Notes: generated by a model not told the origin, from the sequence alone. Numbered from the stretch's first letter, positions 44,842-56,604 are shown. The stretch is 64,000 bases of DNA from an uncultured bacterium (GCA_963707865.1 OY970175.1:630028-694027), one strand, 5' to 3'. Made by a program: numbers and translations.

Positions 44842-46008
44842 ATGGCACACTGCGAACATTGCTTTCCGTTCCCACCACGCCACTTTGAGAACTGGTTCAA
44901 CGACCTTCTGGAGCTTTTGTTCTATCCTCCTTTTGAACGCATAACGCCGTCTCTTTTCAATTCTCAGTTTTTTGAAAAGGCGATCACGAACTGCTTTGTT
45001 TTTGTCGGCATCGTGCGGAAAGAGAAAGAATTCCCGCTTAATGAGATAAATCCCATTGCGGCGCTCTTTATACAACACGGGAGGGCGAGAGGCATAGAAT
45101 TTGAAGCCCTGCGGGGACCCTTCGGCTATCTCACGTTTTTCCGGATGCGCATTGGAGGGCAGTCGTACGAATTTGACCGCCTCCCCGGCGCCTCAGCGAA
45201 CTCCCTTGCCGCAGACGACAAATGGCACACGAAAAAAGCGCTCCGCAAGCTGGGCTACCCCGTTGCAGAAGGAATGCCGTTCTGGTGGTTCCAAAAACGC
45301 AAGGCGGCGCACTACGCGGAAATGCTCAGATACCCCGTCGTCGTAAAACCGCGCAAGGGATCTTTGAGCCAGCACCTCTTTGTCGTAAAATGCGCCTCCG
45401 AGCTCCTGCCGGCGCTCCACGGCGTCGCGCAATACTCGCCGGTATGCATGGTAGAAAAATTCGTTCCCAGCGCCACTTTGTACCGCATAACGATCGTGGA
45501 CGGCGAGAAAATGTTCGTCGTGAAGCGCCTCCCCGCAGAGGTCACGGGCGACGGAAAAAGCACGCTCCGAGCACTCATCCACAAAATAAAATTCGATCAA
45601 AAAAATCTTGACAAGGTCATTCTCAAAGAACAAGGGGTCGGCCTTGATTTGCTCATCGCAAAGGGAAAAAAAATATTTCTCCAGCGCAAGGCCATCCTCG
45701 CGCTCGGATCAAAAATAGAAGAGGTTCCTCTCTCCGAGGTACATCGCGATATCGTCGCCGCGAGCCAAGCTATTGCGAAGCACTTCCGCCTGCCGCTCGT
45801 CGGCATTGATATCCTTCTTCGCGACCACACGCGACCGCTCAAGGATCAAACCGCCGCGATCCTGGAACTCAACACTCTCCCAAACATCCTCATGCACACG
45901 TCCGAGAAAAACGGTGAAACAGAGAATAAAGTCGCCGACGCGCTCGTGGATTTCGCGCTCACGCACTTCGGCGGGCAGATAAATGACGGGCAAATAAATC
46001 AGCGTTAG
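44842..46008 (+). CDS. ATP-grasp ligase (cyanophycin synthetase/GshF C-terminal-like)
   Basis: DDKWHTK, YPVVVKP, PAEVTGDG, GIDI, LELNTLP. Confidence 0.78.
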   Translation: MAHCEHCFPFPPRHFENWFNDLLELLFYPPFERITPSLFNSQFFEKAITNCFVFVGIVRKEKEFPLNEINPIAALFIQHGRARGIEFEALRGPFGYLTFFRMRIGGQSYEFDRLPGASANSLAADDKWHTKKALRKLGYPVAEGMPFWWFQKRKAAHYAEMLRYPVVVKPRKGSLSQHLFVVKCASELLPALHGVAQYSPVCMVEKFVPSATLYRITIVDGEKMFVVKRLPAEVTGDGKSTLRALIHKIKFDQKNLDKVILKEQGVGLDLLIAKGKKIFLQRKAILALGSKIEEVPLSEVHRDIVAASQAIAKHFRLPLVGIDILLRDHTRPLKDQTAAILELNTLPNILMHTSEKNGETENKVADALVDFALTHFGGQINDGQINQR

Positions 46009-46364
46009 CGCTCGTCCGGAAATTCAAACATTGGTGCGTCGTGATCTATGATAACGCGGCCGGTAATCTTTTCCTCGGAATCCCACAGAATTGCCCAATG
46101 GTGCTGTGTATTCTTATTGCAGCGGCACTCGGTTATCGGTTTCCCGGAAGCATCCTCTTTATGCCCATACCGAATGGGCTGTCTTCCCTCGCAACCGGGG
46201 TGCGGACAAAGAAATAATCTTGCAAGCGTTCCTTCTTTTCTTGTATCAAATGTTTCTCCGGGCTGAAACGGCTTCGGATTGGGCGTCAATGGTCCCTCCT
46301 GCCGCAGCTCGCGTTCCCAATCGTCGGGGGGAAGCGACGGCGGCCCTTCTTCGGACCGCTCCAT
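46005..46364 (-). CDS. Hypothetical Cys-containing protein
   Basis: MERSEEGPP...CPHPGC...CRC; the longer ORF call extends into the antisense IS region. Confidence 0.45.
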   Translation of the reverse strand: MERSEEGPPSLPPDDWERELRQEGPLTPNPKPFQPGETFDTRKEGTLARLFLCPHPGCEGRQPIRYGHKEDASGKPITECRCNKNTQHHWAILWDSEEKITGRVIIDHDAPMFEFPDER

Positions 46365-46393
46365 CCGTGGTGAATGTGCAGTTTGTCTTTGAT

Positions 46394-47390
46394 ATTTGAA
46401 CGGCGGCGGACCGGCGGGACATCGAGATACTTCGCAGTAAGGGCCGCTCGCTCCAGGAGATCGCGGATACGTTTCATCGGCCAAAGAGCGGCATTTGGTA
46501 CGAACTCCAGAAGAGGCGGAAAGGGAGATCGTATGACGCTGAATATGCAAAGCACCTGCACTATGTGCGGATGCGACAAAAGCGGAAAATCGGCAAGAAG
46601 ATAGCATTTCATGACGACCTCAAACGATTCGTTGATGCCGCCCTCCTGGATGACCAGGCGCCGGAGGAGATCGCAAAACGACTGAGGCGCATTGAACGGC
46701 GCCTGCCCTATGTTTCCGCTTCGGCCATCCGGCGCTACCTCAAAAGCGTCTACGGGCGGAGAATCGAATACCATCGGAGCAAAGTCTTCAAAAAGAAACG
46801 GCGCAAAGTTGCGGTGCGGAAACAGATCCTGCACAAGAGGATGATCTCCAAGAGGCCAAGCAAAATCAACAAACGGTGGGGTCTTGGCCATATGGAAGGC
46901 GACTTCATCGTATCGGGGAAAAGCGGACGAGGCATGGTCTTCGCCCTCCGCGACCGGAAGGTACGGAAGAATCTTTTGGAGAAAATACTGCCGGTGTCGC
47001 TCCGCACGGTCGATCAGGCGCTGGGCAGGATGAAGCAGCGCTACCCGGAGATGCAGACGATCACTTTCGACAACGATATCCTGTTTCTTGAGCATCAAAC
47101 CTTGGAAAAGAAATATGGCATCAAGATATATTTCTGCTTCCCGCACTCCCCGTGGCAGAAGCCGAGTATCGAGCAACTGAACAAAGTACTGCGGCGCTAC
47201 ATCCCCAAAAGCTCCGACATATCAAAATATTCCCGCAGGTTCATCGCGAATCTTGAAAAGAAGATGAATCGCAAATTCATGGATGTCCTCCGTTCCCTCA
47301 CGCCCGATGAGGCGTATGAGAAAGAGAAGAAACAAAAACAGCGCCGGAGGGCGCGTCGGAAAGAAAAAACTCAGCGTTCAAATTGAGGGG
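46394..47390 (+). mobile_element. IS30-family element, transposase apparently 5'-truncated
   Basis: Open frame from 46400 with HTH (DRRDIEILRSKGRSLQEIA) and DDE core (GHMEGDFI, TITFDND, SPWQKPSIE.LN..LRRYIPK) ending 47386; no start codon before the HTH. Confidence 0.85.
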
Positions 47391-47467
47391 TTTGGGTGCC
47401 ATGCCTTGGCATACCCACATTATACGAAACGACGAATGTCCCGGCAATATCAATTCTTCCATAAAGT

Positions 47468-48361
47468 TTATTTGGTCGCCATTCTCTTTACTGCAACAGG
47501 CTTATAGAAACGATTGAATTGTTCCAATGACCAGTAACAGCTGCCTCCCTCAATTGAGGTCGCATGCCAAATTTCCCGGCTTGGTTCATTGGTATAGATA
47601 GCCGTGTGAAGCGAAGTAATATATTCGTCCGTGTTGGGGAATGTTTTCTCACTTTTATGAACCGGTTCTCCAGCTTTGTTGCGAATTCCCTCGGCATAAA
47701 TAACATCCCCCGCTTGGAGAGCGACAAATTTAATTTCCTGCCCTTTCTTGAATACGAACTCGCCCGTTTTATAGTACGCATCCGGGCAAAGCACTTCTTC
47801 CGGCGCCAGAAATAATCCCCTAGATACTAAAAAATAGAGCTGTAACGCTCTGCGGCAATTGCCGGTCTGCCAATCCCCTAATAATTCTTCCTTTGTAGAA
47901 AACGGACCCGCATCGTGCTCATAAGAAAATTGCTTTAGGGTCTTTTTCAAGATGGACTGGACGAGCTCCGGCGCGAGATCGGCGAGCGGCCGCAGCACGA
48001 AATCCCGTTCCGCGATGCGCGGATGGGGAATTTCAAGCGCTTCGTCATGGTACGTGAGGTCGTCGTAGAACAAGATATCAATATCAATTTCCCGCGGGCC
48101 CCATCGGTAACGCTCTACGCGGCCAACTTCCCTTTCCACGCGCTTCACAAAATCCAAAAGCTCGAGGGGAGAAAGCACTGTAGTGCCCGATAGCGCGGTA
48201 TTCAAAAAATCGGGCTGGTCCGTAACTCCCACCGGTTTCGTTTTATAGAGTGGCGCCACTTTGATATCCGATATCTTTTCGCCAAGCAATGCAATCGCCC
48301 GTTCAATGTTCGCGCGCCGGTCGCCCACATTCGCTCCAAGCGCAAGGTAGATCTTCGGCAC
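47468..48361 (-). CDS. folK: HPPK (FolK) fused to a C-terminal NlpC/P60-like domain
   Basis: YLALGANVGD, FLN, RWGPREIDIDIL, IPHP; extra ~150-aa C-terminal domain. Confidence 0.88.
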   Translation of the reverse strand: MPKIYLALGANVGDRRANIERAIALLGEKISDIKVAPLYKTKPVGVTDQPDFLNTALSGTTVLSPLELLDFVKRVEREVGRVERYRWGPREIDIDILFYDDLTYHDEALEIPHPRIAERDFVLRPLADLAPELVQSILKKTLKQFSYEHDAGPFSTKEELLGDWQTGNCRRALQLYFLVSRGLFLAPEEVLCPDAYYKTGEFVFKKGQEIKFVALQAGDVIYAEGIRNKAGEPVHKSEKTFPNTDEYITSLHTAIYTNEPSREIWHATSIEGGSCYWSLEQFNRFYKPVAVKRMATK

Positions 48362-48363
48362 GG

Positions 48364-49203
48364 CTAGAGTAATTTTTCAAAAACGGCCAGGAATTTTTTG
48401 GTCGGAAGGACGTCGTGCGTACGGACAATCCGGACGCCTTGCATTACGGCAACGGCTATTTCCGCAAGCCCCGCTTCAACCCTATCCACGGGGGGCGGCG
48501 GAGCGGGGAGGCGAAGCTCGTCCCGTAAAATCATACCAAGATGGCTCTTACGCGACACGCCGATCATAACCGGCACGCCGAATCTCGTGAATGCGCCACA
48601 ATTCTTTACAATCTGAAGATTGTGCTCCACGGTTTTCCCGAACCCAATGCCGGGATCAAGGATAAACCGTTCCTTTCTAATCCCATGCCTAGCGCCGAAT
48701 TTCATCTGCTCTCTGAAAAAATCGCCGATATCTTTCACAACGTTCCTATACACAATCCTTCCCTTCTGCATCGTTTTCGGTTCGCCCTTCACATGGTAGA
48801 TCGCGACGCGGCACCCGGCGTCTGCAACGACATTGGCCAGTGCGGGATCAAATATAAATCCGCCCAAGCTGTTCACAATACCCGCTCCCTCGCGCAGCGC
48901 TTCCCGTGCGACCGATGCCAGATTGGTATCAACCGAAATCACCACCTTCCTGCCAAGCTTTTTCCGAATCCCACGAATCACGGGCAGGACTCGTACGAGC
49001 TGCTCGCGCGGAGAAACCGGTTCCGAACCCGGCCGCGTGGACTCGCCTCCCACGTCAATGATATCCGCACCATCCGTCGCCATCCGCGCCGCATACGCGA
49101 CCGCCCTCGGGACATTCTTGTAATACAACCCGCCGTCCGAGAACGAATCGGGGGTGACGTTCAGAACGCCCACAATAAGAGTCCGCCCACTACCACGTAT
49201 CAT
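48364..49203 (-). CDS. folP: Dihydropteroate synthase
   Basis: GVLNVTPDSFSDGG, DVGGESTRPG, DPGIGFGK, SRKS, RTHDV. Confidence 0.97.
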   Translation of the reverse strand: MIRGSGRTLIVGVLNVTPDSFSDGGLYYKNVPRAVAYAARMATDGADIIDVGGESTRPGSEPVSPREQLVRVLPVIRGIRKKLGRKVVISVDTNLASVAREALREGAGIVNSLGGFIFDPALANVVADAGCRVAIYHVKGEPKTMQKGRIVYRNVVKDIGDFFREQMKFGARHGIRKERFILDPGIGFGKTVEHNLQIVKNCGAFTRFGVPVMIGVSRKSHLGMILRDELRLPAPPPPVDRVEAGLAEIAVAVMQGVRIVRTHDVLPTKKFLAVFEKLL

Positions 49204-49223
49204 GACGTAATGTTAACAGATTG

Positions 49224-49310
49224 CGGAAGGGGCGAGATTCGAACTCGCGGTACCATTTCTGGCACACGATCTTTCCAGGATCGCCAGTTAAACCACTCCT
49301 GCACCCTTCC
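49224..49310 (-). tRNA. tRNA-Ser(GGA)
   Basis: Anticodon arm CGATC-CTGGAAA-GATCG, long variable arm, GTTCGAATC. Confidence 0.95.
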
Positions 49311-49445
49311 ATTCTTTATATAAATTGTTAATCCTAGGGTTCGCAGAACCGAAGGTACGGAGATACTTTACCACAGAATTCTCGCTGTATAAACATCGCT
49401 TTCAATCCGCGATTGCCGCCCCGAGGTGGTGCCTGTCAGAGATTT

Positions 49446-50138
49446 TTATCCAATAATAGTGCCCTGAAAATCCTTTCCGTTCAAGAGGTTGCGGAAATTC
49501 GTAAGATTGCGGCCATCCACGATAATCGCCGTGAGGTCCTCCCGCGCGGCGAGCGCGGCGCCTACGGGATCCACCGGCGCGTGGAGGCCCGGCTTCCATT
49601 TCCGGGGAATGAGCCGCTGATATTCCTTCCATGTGAGCTTGTGGAATGGTTTTGCGCCGGCAAACTTCATATGGTCCTTGTCGTACACGTGATCCGGTTT
49701 GCCTGCGACAATTACCTCTCCCACACCGAGATCCGCCGCAATTTGGATGGCGACGTAGTCCGTTGACCACCCTGGCCGCCATCCTGCCGCGAGGGTCACA
49801 GGATATTTCGGCCGCTTCACTTTCTCACGTGCGTCAATGATCACCGGGTCCGCAATCTCGCGGAAAACCGTGCGGAGGAAATGCGCGTTCAGGCGCGTCG
49901 CGTGGATACCGATCCAGTCCTTGTCCTCGTCGTTCACTCTTGTCACCTTCGCCGCCGCTTCCTGAAAACGGCGGGCCAATTTGCCACCGCCGATCACGAG
50001 CACGAACTTTGTCCCGCGCCGGAGATATGGCGCAATGAATTTTTTGAACTTTTTAACGAACGCAGTATCAATTTCATCCGGATAAACGATAGAACCGCCG
50101 AGGGCCATTACCACTGTTTTTCCGAACGAATATTTCAT
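49446..50138 (-). CDS. pyrH: UMP kinase (archaeal-type)
   Basis: LGGS, GGGKLAR, DWIGIHATRLNA, PGWSTD, PVDP. Confidence 0.9.
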   Translation of the reverse strand: MKYSFGKTVVMALGGSIVYPDEIDTAFVKKFKKFIAPYLRRGTKFVLVIGGGKLARRFQEAAAKVTRVNDEDKDWIGIHATRLNAHFLRTVFREIADPVIIDAREKVKRPKYPVTLAAGWRPGWSTDYVAIQIAADLGVGEVIVAGKPDHVYDKDHMKFAGAKPFHKLTWKEYQRLIPRKWKPGLHAPVDPVGAALAAREDLTAIIVDGRNLTNFRNLLNGKDFQGTIIG

Positions 50139-50143
50139 GGGCG

Positions 50144-51049
50144 TTAGACGGAAAGTGCTTTGAGCGCCGCAATACGCTCTTCAATCGGCGGGTGGGTCAT
50201 AAAAAGCTTGTGCCACCAGGAGGTCTGGCCCCCCTTGAACGGATTATCCAGCCACATGTGTGCAGTGGAATCCTTCGCGGAACGCATAGGCGTGGAATCC
50301 TCTCCGATCTTTTCCAATGCCGAGATCAGCCCTTCGGGATAGCGCGTGAGGAGTACGCCCGAGGCGTCCGCGAGCGCCTCGCGGCGACGTGAGATCGCAA
50401 GCTGGATAAGCATCGTGCCGATCGGCGCCAAAATGGAAAGGACGATCGCGAAAATAAAGAACATTTCGCCAGCTTCGCTATTGTTGCCCCTCCGCCCGCC
50501 GCCCATGCCTCCAAAAAAGAGTGATCGCAGAAAGATATCCGCGACGAGAGAGATGATGCCCGCGAGGATCGCAGCGACGGTGGACACGAGGATGTCGCGG
50601 TTGCCCACATGCGAAAGTTCATGCGCAAGTACGCCTTCCAGCTCGGTCTTGCTGAGACGCGCGAGCGCGCCCTGTGTGACCGCGACCGCGGCATGCTGCG
50701 GATCGCGCCCGGTCGCAAAGGCGTTGATCTGCATCTCGGGCGTTATGTAGAGTTTCGGCATCGGTAAGCCGGAGGCAATGCAAAGATTTTCCACAACATT
50801 GTAGAGCATTGGATTGTCGCTTTTCTCAACCGGCTGCGCGCGCGCCAAAGAAAGCGCGATCGCCGCGGAAGAATAATAACTGATGAGTGAATAGACGACG
50901 CTGAAGATCAGCGCGAACACAATAAAACTCGGATCACCGTACGCCTGCGAGAAAACATACCCGATACCAACGACCACGACGAAAAATACCACGAACAAAA
51001 CCCATGTTCTGCGGATGTTCGCAGATTGATATGTATACAGATTAGCCAT
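50144..51049 (-). CDS. htpX: M48 zinc protease HtpX
   Basis: NAFATGR, AHELSH, SRRRE.LAD, THPP. Confidence 0.93.
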   Translation of the reverse strand: MANLYTYQSANIRRTWVLFVVFFVVVVGIGYVFSQAYGDPSFIVFALIFSVVYSLISYYSSAAIALSLARAQPVEKSDNPMLYNVVENLCIASGLPMPKLYITPEMQINAFATGRDPQHAAVAVTQGALARLSKTELEGVLAHELSHVGNRDILVSTVAAILAGIISLVADIFLRSLFFGGMGGGRRGNNSEAGEMFFIFAIVLSILAPIGTMLIQLAISRRREALADASGVLLTRYPEGLISALEKIGEDSTPMRSAKDSTAHMWLDNPFKGGQTSWWHKLFMTHPPIEERIAALKALSV

Positions 51050-51052
51050 GAC

Positions 51053-51604
51053 CTAAAATTTCACCTGCACCGGCTGCTTCTCGGCTTCCGTAAGGTCGCC
51101 GAAGAAATCCATCTTTGTGAAACCGAATGCGTTCGCAAACATGTTTGTCGGGAAAACCTGGATCTTCGTGTTCAAGTCGCGCACCATGCCGTTGTAGAAG
51201 CGGCGCGCGGCCTGGATCTTATCTTCGGTGTCGGTCAACTGGCTCTGCAAATCCAAAAAATTCTCGTTCGCCTTCAACTGCGGATAATTCTCCGCCACCG
51301 CGAACAATGATTTCAAGGCGCCGGAGAGCTGGTTTTCCGCGCCGGCCTTCGCCGCGCCCGTCGCCTGCATTGCCTGCGAACGCGCCTGCGTCACTTTTTC
51401 AAAAACGCCCGCTTCGTGTGCCATATAACCCTTCACACTCTCCACCAAATTGGGAATAAGGTCATACCGGCGCTTCAACTGCACGTCAATGTCGGACCAC
51501 GCTTCCTGCGCGCGATTCCGCGTCTGCACAAGGCCGTTGTACGCAAGAACAAGCCACAGCAAGATGATGACGATGAGAACCAAGATGATCCAAAGTGCAA
51601 TCAT
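51053..51604 (-). CDS. lemA: LemA family protein
   Basis: AWSDIDVQLKRRYDLIPNLV, ENYPQLKA, ARRFYN. Confidence 0.95.
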   Translation of the reverse strand: MIALWIILVLIVIILLWLVLAYNGLVQTRNRAQEAWSDIDVQLKRRYDLIPNLVESVKGYMAHEAGVFEKVTQARSQAMQATGAAKAGAENQLSGALKSLFAVAENYPQLKANENFLDLQSQLTDTEDKIQAARRFYNGMVRDLNTKIQVFPTNMFANAFGFTKMDFFGDLTEAEKQPVQVKF

Positions 51605-51649
51605 GTTAGATGTTTTTAGTATACCACGCGACGTGAAGCGGGCAAGGAA

Positions 51650-53338
<1,689 letters not shown>

Positions 53339-53345
53339 TTAGAAA

Positions 53346-53642
53346 TTAGTCATTAGAAATTATCGCAAGGATGTCGTCCTCGTCGCCAACCAGATATTTC
53401 TTCTCGTCAATCTCAATCTCGTCCGGCCCATATTTTTTGAAAAGAACAATGTCGCCGACCTTGACCGACATTGGTTGCAATTCGCCTTTGTCGTTGCGCT
53501 TCCCGGGACCCACCGCGAGCACTTTCCCTTTTATCGGCTTTTCTTTCTCCGCCGTTTCCGGAAGAACGATGCCACCCTTCGTCTTTTTCTCTTCCTCCAC
53601 TGGCTCAAGGAACAAATGATTTGATAACGGTTTGAAATTCAT
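53346..53642 (-). CDS. groS: Co-chaperonin GroES
   Basis: FKPL, TKGGIVLP, VLAVGPG, VKVGD. Confidence 0.96.
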   Translation of the reverse strand: MNFKPLSNHLFLEPVEEEKKTKGGIVLPETAEKEKPIKGKVLAVGPGKRNDKGELQPMSVKVGDIVLFKKYGPDEIEIDEKKYLVGDEDDILAIISND

Positions 53643-53659
53643 TGTTGTTTTTAAATGTT

Positions 53660-53686
53660 TTGGCACTCACGACCCTTGAGTGCCAA
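53660..53686. promoter_or_regulatory. CIRCE (HrcA operator)
   Basis: TTGGCACTC-N9-GAGTGCCAA upstream of groES. Confidence 0.92.
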
Positions 53687-53691
53687 TAGGT

Positions 53692-53719
53692 ATTCTATGC
53701 CGAACGGCGACGTTGTCAA
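53692..53719 (-). promoter_or_regulatory. Sigma70-type groESL promoter
   Basis: TTGACA-16 nt-TAGAAT directly upstream of CIRCE. Confidence 0.75.
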
Positions 53720-53736
53720 GCACAAGTCAATAGTTG

Positions 53737-53961
53737 CTATATTACGCTCCGGAAATTCTCTTCGGTAATCTCGGCGAGTTCCAAAACGCTGAGTAAAGTT
53801 CCGCGTGCCAGTTCCTTGTGTAGTGGGACAATTGAGGTAATGGTCCTCCCTGCGCTTTTCTTGCGCAATTTCACATGGCTTCCTTTTTGAGAAACAGGCG
53901 AAAAGCCAAATGCCCGCTCCAACACCCAAATAACCTTTTTGCCGGAGAATGTTTTTGCCAC
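53737..53961 (-). CDS. hicA: HicA-family toxin
   Basis: L...GF...SQKGSH...VPLHKEL..GTL..VL..A. Confidence 0.9.
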   Translation of the reverse strand: MAKTFSGKKVIWVLERAFGFSPVSQKGSHVKLRKKSAGRTITSIVPLHKELARGTLLSVLELAEITEENFRSVI

Positions 53962-53970
53962 GGCCCGGTT

Positions 53971-54180
53971 CTATAATTCTACAGACGTAATAAAAGGAGC
54001 TTCCTTTGAAAGAATCCTCTTCGCCCGGGGATCATCTTCTAGATAAAGTTCAATGGCCTCATGCACATTACGGCGGGCTTCATCAATGGTTCTTCCCTGG
54101 CTCGCCACACCTAACTCCAACGAACGGGCGACAAACCACTTGCCCTCCTTTTGAATAATAACGATTGACTTATACGCCAT
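53971..54180 (-). CDS. hicB: HicB-family antitoxin (short)
   Basis: WFVA..LELGVASQGRTIDEA..NV.EAIELYLE. Confidence 0.88.
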   Translation of the reverse strand: MAYKSIVIIQKEGKWFVARSLELGVASQGRTIDEARRNVHEAIELYLEDDPRAKRILSKEAPFITSVEL

Positions 54181-54274
54181 GGTACCGTCATTGTATGCCC
54201 GCACCGTACCACCGTCAAATAAAAATCTCATACGGCGATTGTACCACGCCGACCATTAAATTTTTGTTAAACGC

Positions 54275-55213
54275 CTATGCGCGCTTCAACTGGTCGTAGA
54301 TATTGAGGACGGCCTTCACGGCGTCGCCCACGGAGATATTGTTCTGCCGGTATGGGACATCCGTCACGTCCCCCACCGCCCAGATGCCCGGGCACGAGGT
54401 GCCCTGCGTACGCGCATCGATAACGACATGGCCAAAGTCGTCAAGCTTCACAAGGTCTTTCACAAAATCGGAGTTGGGAAGCAAGCCGACCTCCACAAAC
54501 ACACCGTCAAGCGCGAGATCTTTCTCTTCTCCTGTCTTCACGTCCTTCACGCGGATGCCGGTCACCGTATCTTTCCCCTTTACTTCCAAAACCACCGTGT
54601 TCCAAAGGATGGTCACCTTGGGATTTCCTTTCACTTTGTCCTGCGAGATGGGGTCGCCTTTCAAAATCTCCGAACGGACAATCAAATAAATCTTGGATGC
54701 ATAGGGAAAGAGATCCATGACCGACTCAAGCGCGGAATTCCCACCGCCAACCACGGCGGTCACTTTATCCTTGAAAATGGGCGCGTCGCACGTGGAGCAA
54801 TACACCACACCTTTCCCGTCAAATTCCTTCTCGCCGGGAACGCCGAGCTTTTTCCTGCGGCTGCCGGAAGCCAACAAGAAATATTTCGTTTCATATGTTT
54901 TTCCGTTCCGCGTCACAAGCGAAAAGCCCTGCCCGGCACCGGACAGGGCAGCATCCCTTTTTTGGATAGCAGCCACAAGATCATCATCCACAATATCAAT
55001 ATCGGTCTGCGCACGAAGATGTTCTTCCAACGACTTCGCAAGATCGTAGCCGGAAATGGACTTCGTGCCGATCCAGTTCTGCACGTCGGCCGAAACCACC
55101 GACTGGCCGCCGAAGCTGTCAGTGATAAGCAGTGTTTTTATTTTCTTCCTGGCGGCATACACGCCCGCAGCTACTCCACCGGGGCCACCGCCAATAATAA
55201 CCAAATCGTACAT
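54275..55213 (-). CDS. Thioredoxin reductase / AhpF-like flavoprotein
   Basis: IIGGGPGG, YCSTCD, VGGGNSA, AVGDV. Confidence 0.92.
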   Translation of the reverse strand: MYDLVIIGGGPGGVAAGVYAARKKIKTLLITDSFGGQSVVSADVQNWIGTKSISGYDLAKSLEEHLRAQTDIDIVDDDLVAAIQKRDAALSGAGQGFSLVTRNGKTYETKYFLLASGSRRKKLGVPGEKEFDGKGVVYCSTCDAPIFKDKVTAVVGGGNSALESVMDLFPYASKIYLIVRSEILKGDPISQDKVKGNPKVTILWNTVVLEVKGKDTVTGIRVKDVKTGEEKDLALDGVFVEVGLLPNSDFVKDLVKLDDFGHVVIDARTQGTSCPGIWAVGDVTDVPYRQNNISVGDAVKAVLNIYDQLKRA

Positions 55214-55227
55214 TAAGAGAATATTAT

Positions 55228-55470
55228 CTACTTCTTCGCGGGCAGGAGGAGACCTTCCAACGTCTTCTTATCAAAACCGACGATGATCTCGCCGCCCACG
55301 TCAATCACGGGAACACCCATCTGTTGGGATTTTGCGAACATTTCCTCCCGGGCCTTTTGATCAATGGCCACGTTGTGTTCCTCATACGCAATCCCGTTCT
55401 TTTGGAAAAAATCCTTTGCCATCCTACAATATACGCAGGTCGGCGTGCTGTAAATAATAACTTTTTTCAT
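55228..55470 (-). CDS. Glutaredoxin-like (NrdH/YruB) protein
   Basis: YSTPTCVYC, GVPVI, VGFD. Confidence 0.92.
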   Translation of the reverse strand: MKKVIIYSTPTCVYCRMAKDFFQKNGIAYEEHNVAIDQKAREEMFAKSQQMGVPVIDVGGEIIVGFDKKTLEGLLLPAKK

Positions 55471-55658
55471 GGATTTGCCTGTGACGGACCTTTATTGCTT
55501 CGTTTCTCTCCGAAGAGCAACCAACTGTTCACAAGGATAAGAATAAGGCCGCAGAGGATGCTGCTCCACTTCGCGATTGAGATATTCGCAAATCCCAAAA
55601 GCCACGGCGAAAGCAAAATCCAAAGTCCGACGATTCCTTCTGTCCAATATGCCACCAC
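55467..55658 (-). CDS. SPW-repeat small membrane protein
   Basis: GLWILLSPWLLGF. Confidence 0.75.
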   Translation of the reverse strand: MVAYWTEGIVGLWILLSPWLLGFANISIAKWSSILCGLILILVNSWLLFGEKRSNKGPSQANP

Positions 55659-55713
55659 AACTCTATTTTAGGAGTCGGCCACGCCCGAGTCAAATGTCGC
55701 CTTGCCTGTCCCA

Positions 55714-56592
55714 CTATCCTTTGATCGCCGCATTAATGGCTGCGAGGATCGCGCTTCCGTTCGCGCCGACGCTCTGACCAAGCGCATCCGTCACTTCTTT
55801 CCCGTTCACGAACGTCATGGGCGTTGAATTGACTCCGGCGTTCATGGCAGCGGCGTAATCCGCAGTGACCGTCGCAGTATATTTCCCGCTGTCAATACAA
55901 TTTGCAAAAGCGACGGCATTCATGCCAAGCTGGCCCGCGATCTTCAAGAACAGCGCACGGTTGAAAAATCCATTATCCTCTCCGCCACCCTTTGCCTCGT
56001 CAGCTGCCTTCGCGGCATAGAGCGCATCGTGATACGGCCAGAATTGGTTCTCATCTTTGGCGCACTCCGCCGCTGCCCCGGCCGCGTGCGACTCCCCCAC
56101 ACTGGACGAGGTGATTTCCGCACTGTCAAGGAATGGGAAATCCCTGAATACGAGCTTTGCCTTTCCCGCATTCACATAGTTCTGAATGATGAGCGGCTGA
56201 ACCTGTTCGTAGAACCGCGTGCAAAAGGGGCACTGGTAATCGCCGTATTCAACGACCGTCACGGGCGCGCTCGCATTGCCCAAGATCACGTCTCGGGGCC
56301 CGAGGGCGAGCGCCGCGGCTGCAGCGGCAGAAGGAGCTTGAGCTGTCCCGCCGTTCGCGGTTGGGGCACCGGCGTTTCCCGCGCCGACGCCCGGCGTGCT
56401 CGCGCTCGGCCGGTACAAGGTTGCAAAAAGAACCGACCCGCCGATAAGCACTGCCGCGATGATGATGCTTATGGGGAGAAGACGATCTTTACGTCCCCGC
56501 GGAAGCTTTTCTTCAACGGATATTTCATACCCGTCGCCCCGCTTCGCTTTCTCAATAGTTTCTTTGAATGAGATTTTTTCTTCGTCTTCCAT
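55714..56592 (-). CDS. DsbA-family thiol-disulfide oxidoreductase
   Basis: TM anchor, EYGDYQCPFC, FRDFP, GVNSTP. Confidence 0.92.
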   Translation of the reverse strand: MEDEEKISFKETIEKAKRGDGYEISVEEKLPRGRKDRLLPISIIIAAVLIGGSVLFATLYRPSASTPGVGAGNAGAPTANGGTAQAPSAAAAAALALGPRDVILGNASAPVTVVEYGDYQCPFCTRFYEQVQPLIIQNYVNAGKAKLVFRDFPFLDSAEITSSSVGESHAAGAAAECAKDENQFWPYHDALYAAKAADEAKGGGEDNGFFNRALFLKIAGQLGMNAVAFANCIDSGKYTATVTADYAAAMNAGVNSTPMTFVNGKEVTDALGQSVGANGSAILAAINAAIKG

Positions 56593-56604
56593 AACAAAAG
56601 TATA

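Noticed and set aside
46397-46399. TGA recoding (genetic code 25) to rescue the IS30 start
   Set aside because: Many conserved genes here (parA, serA, apparent DGR targets) end in TGA and long genes have no internal TGA, so code 11 applies.
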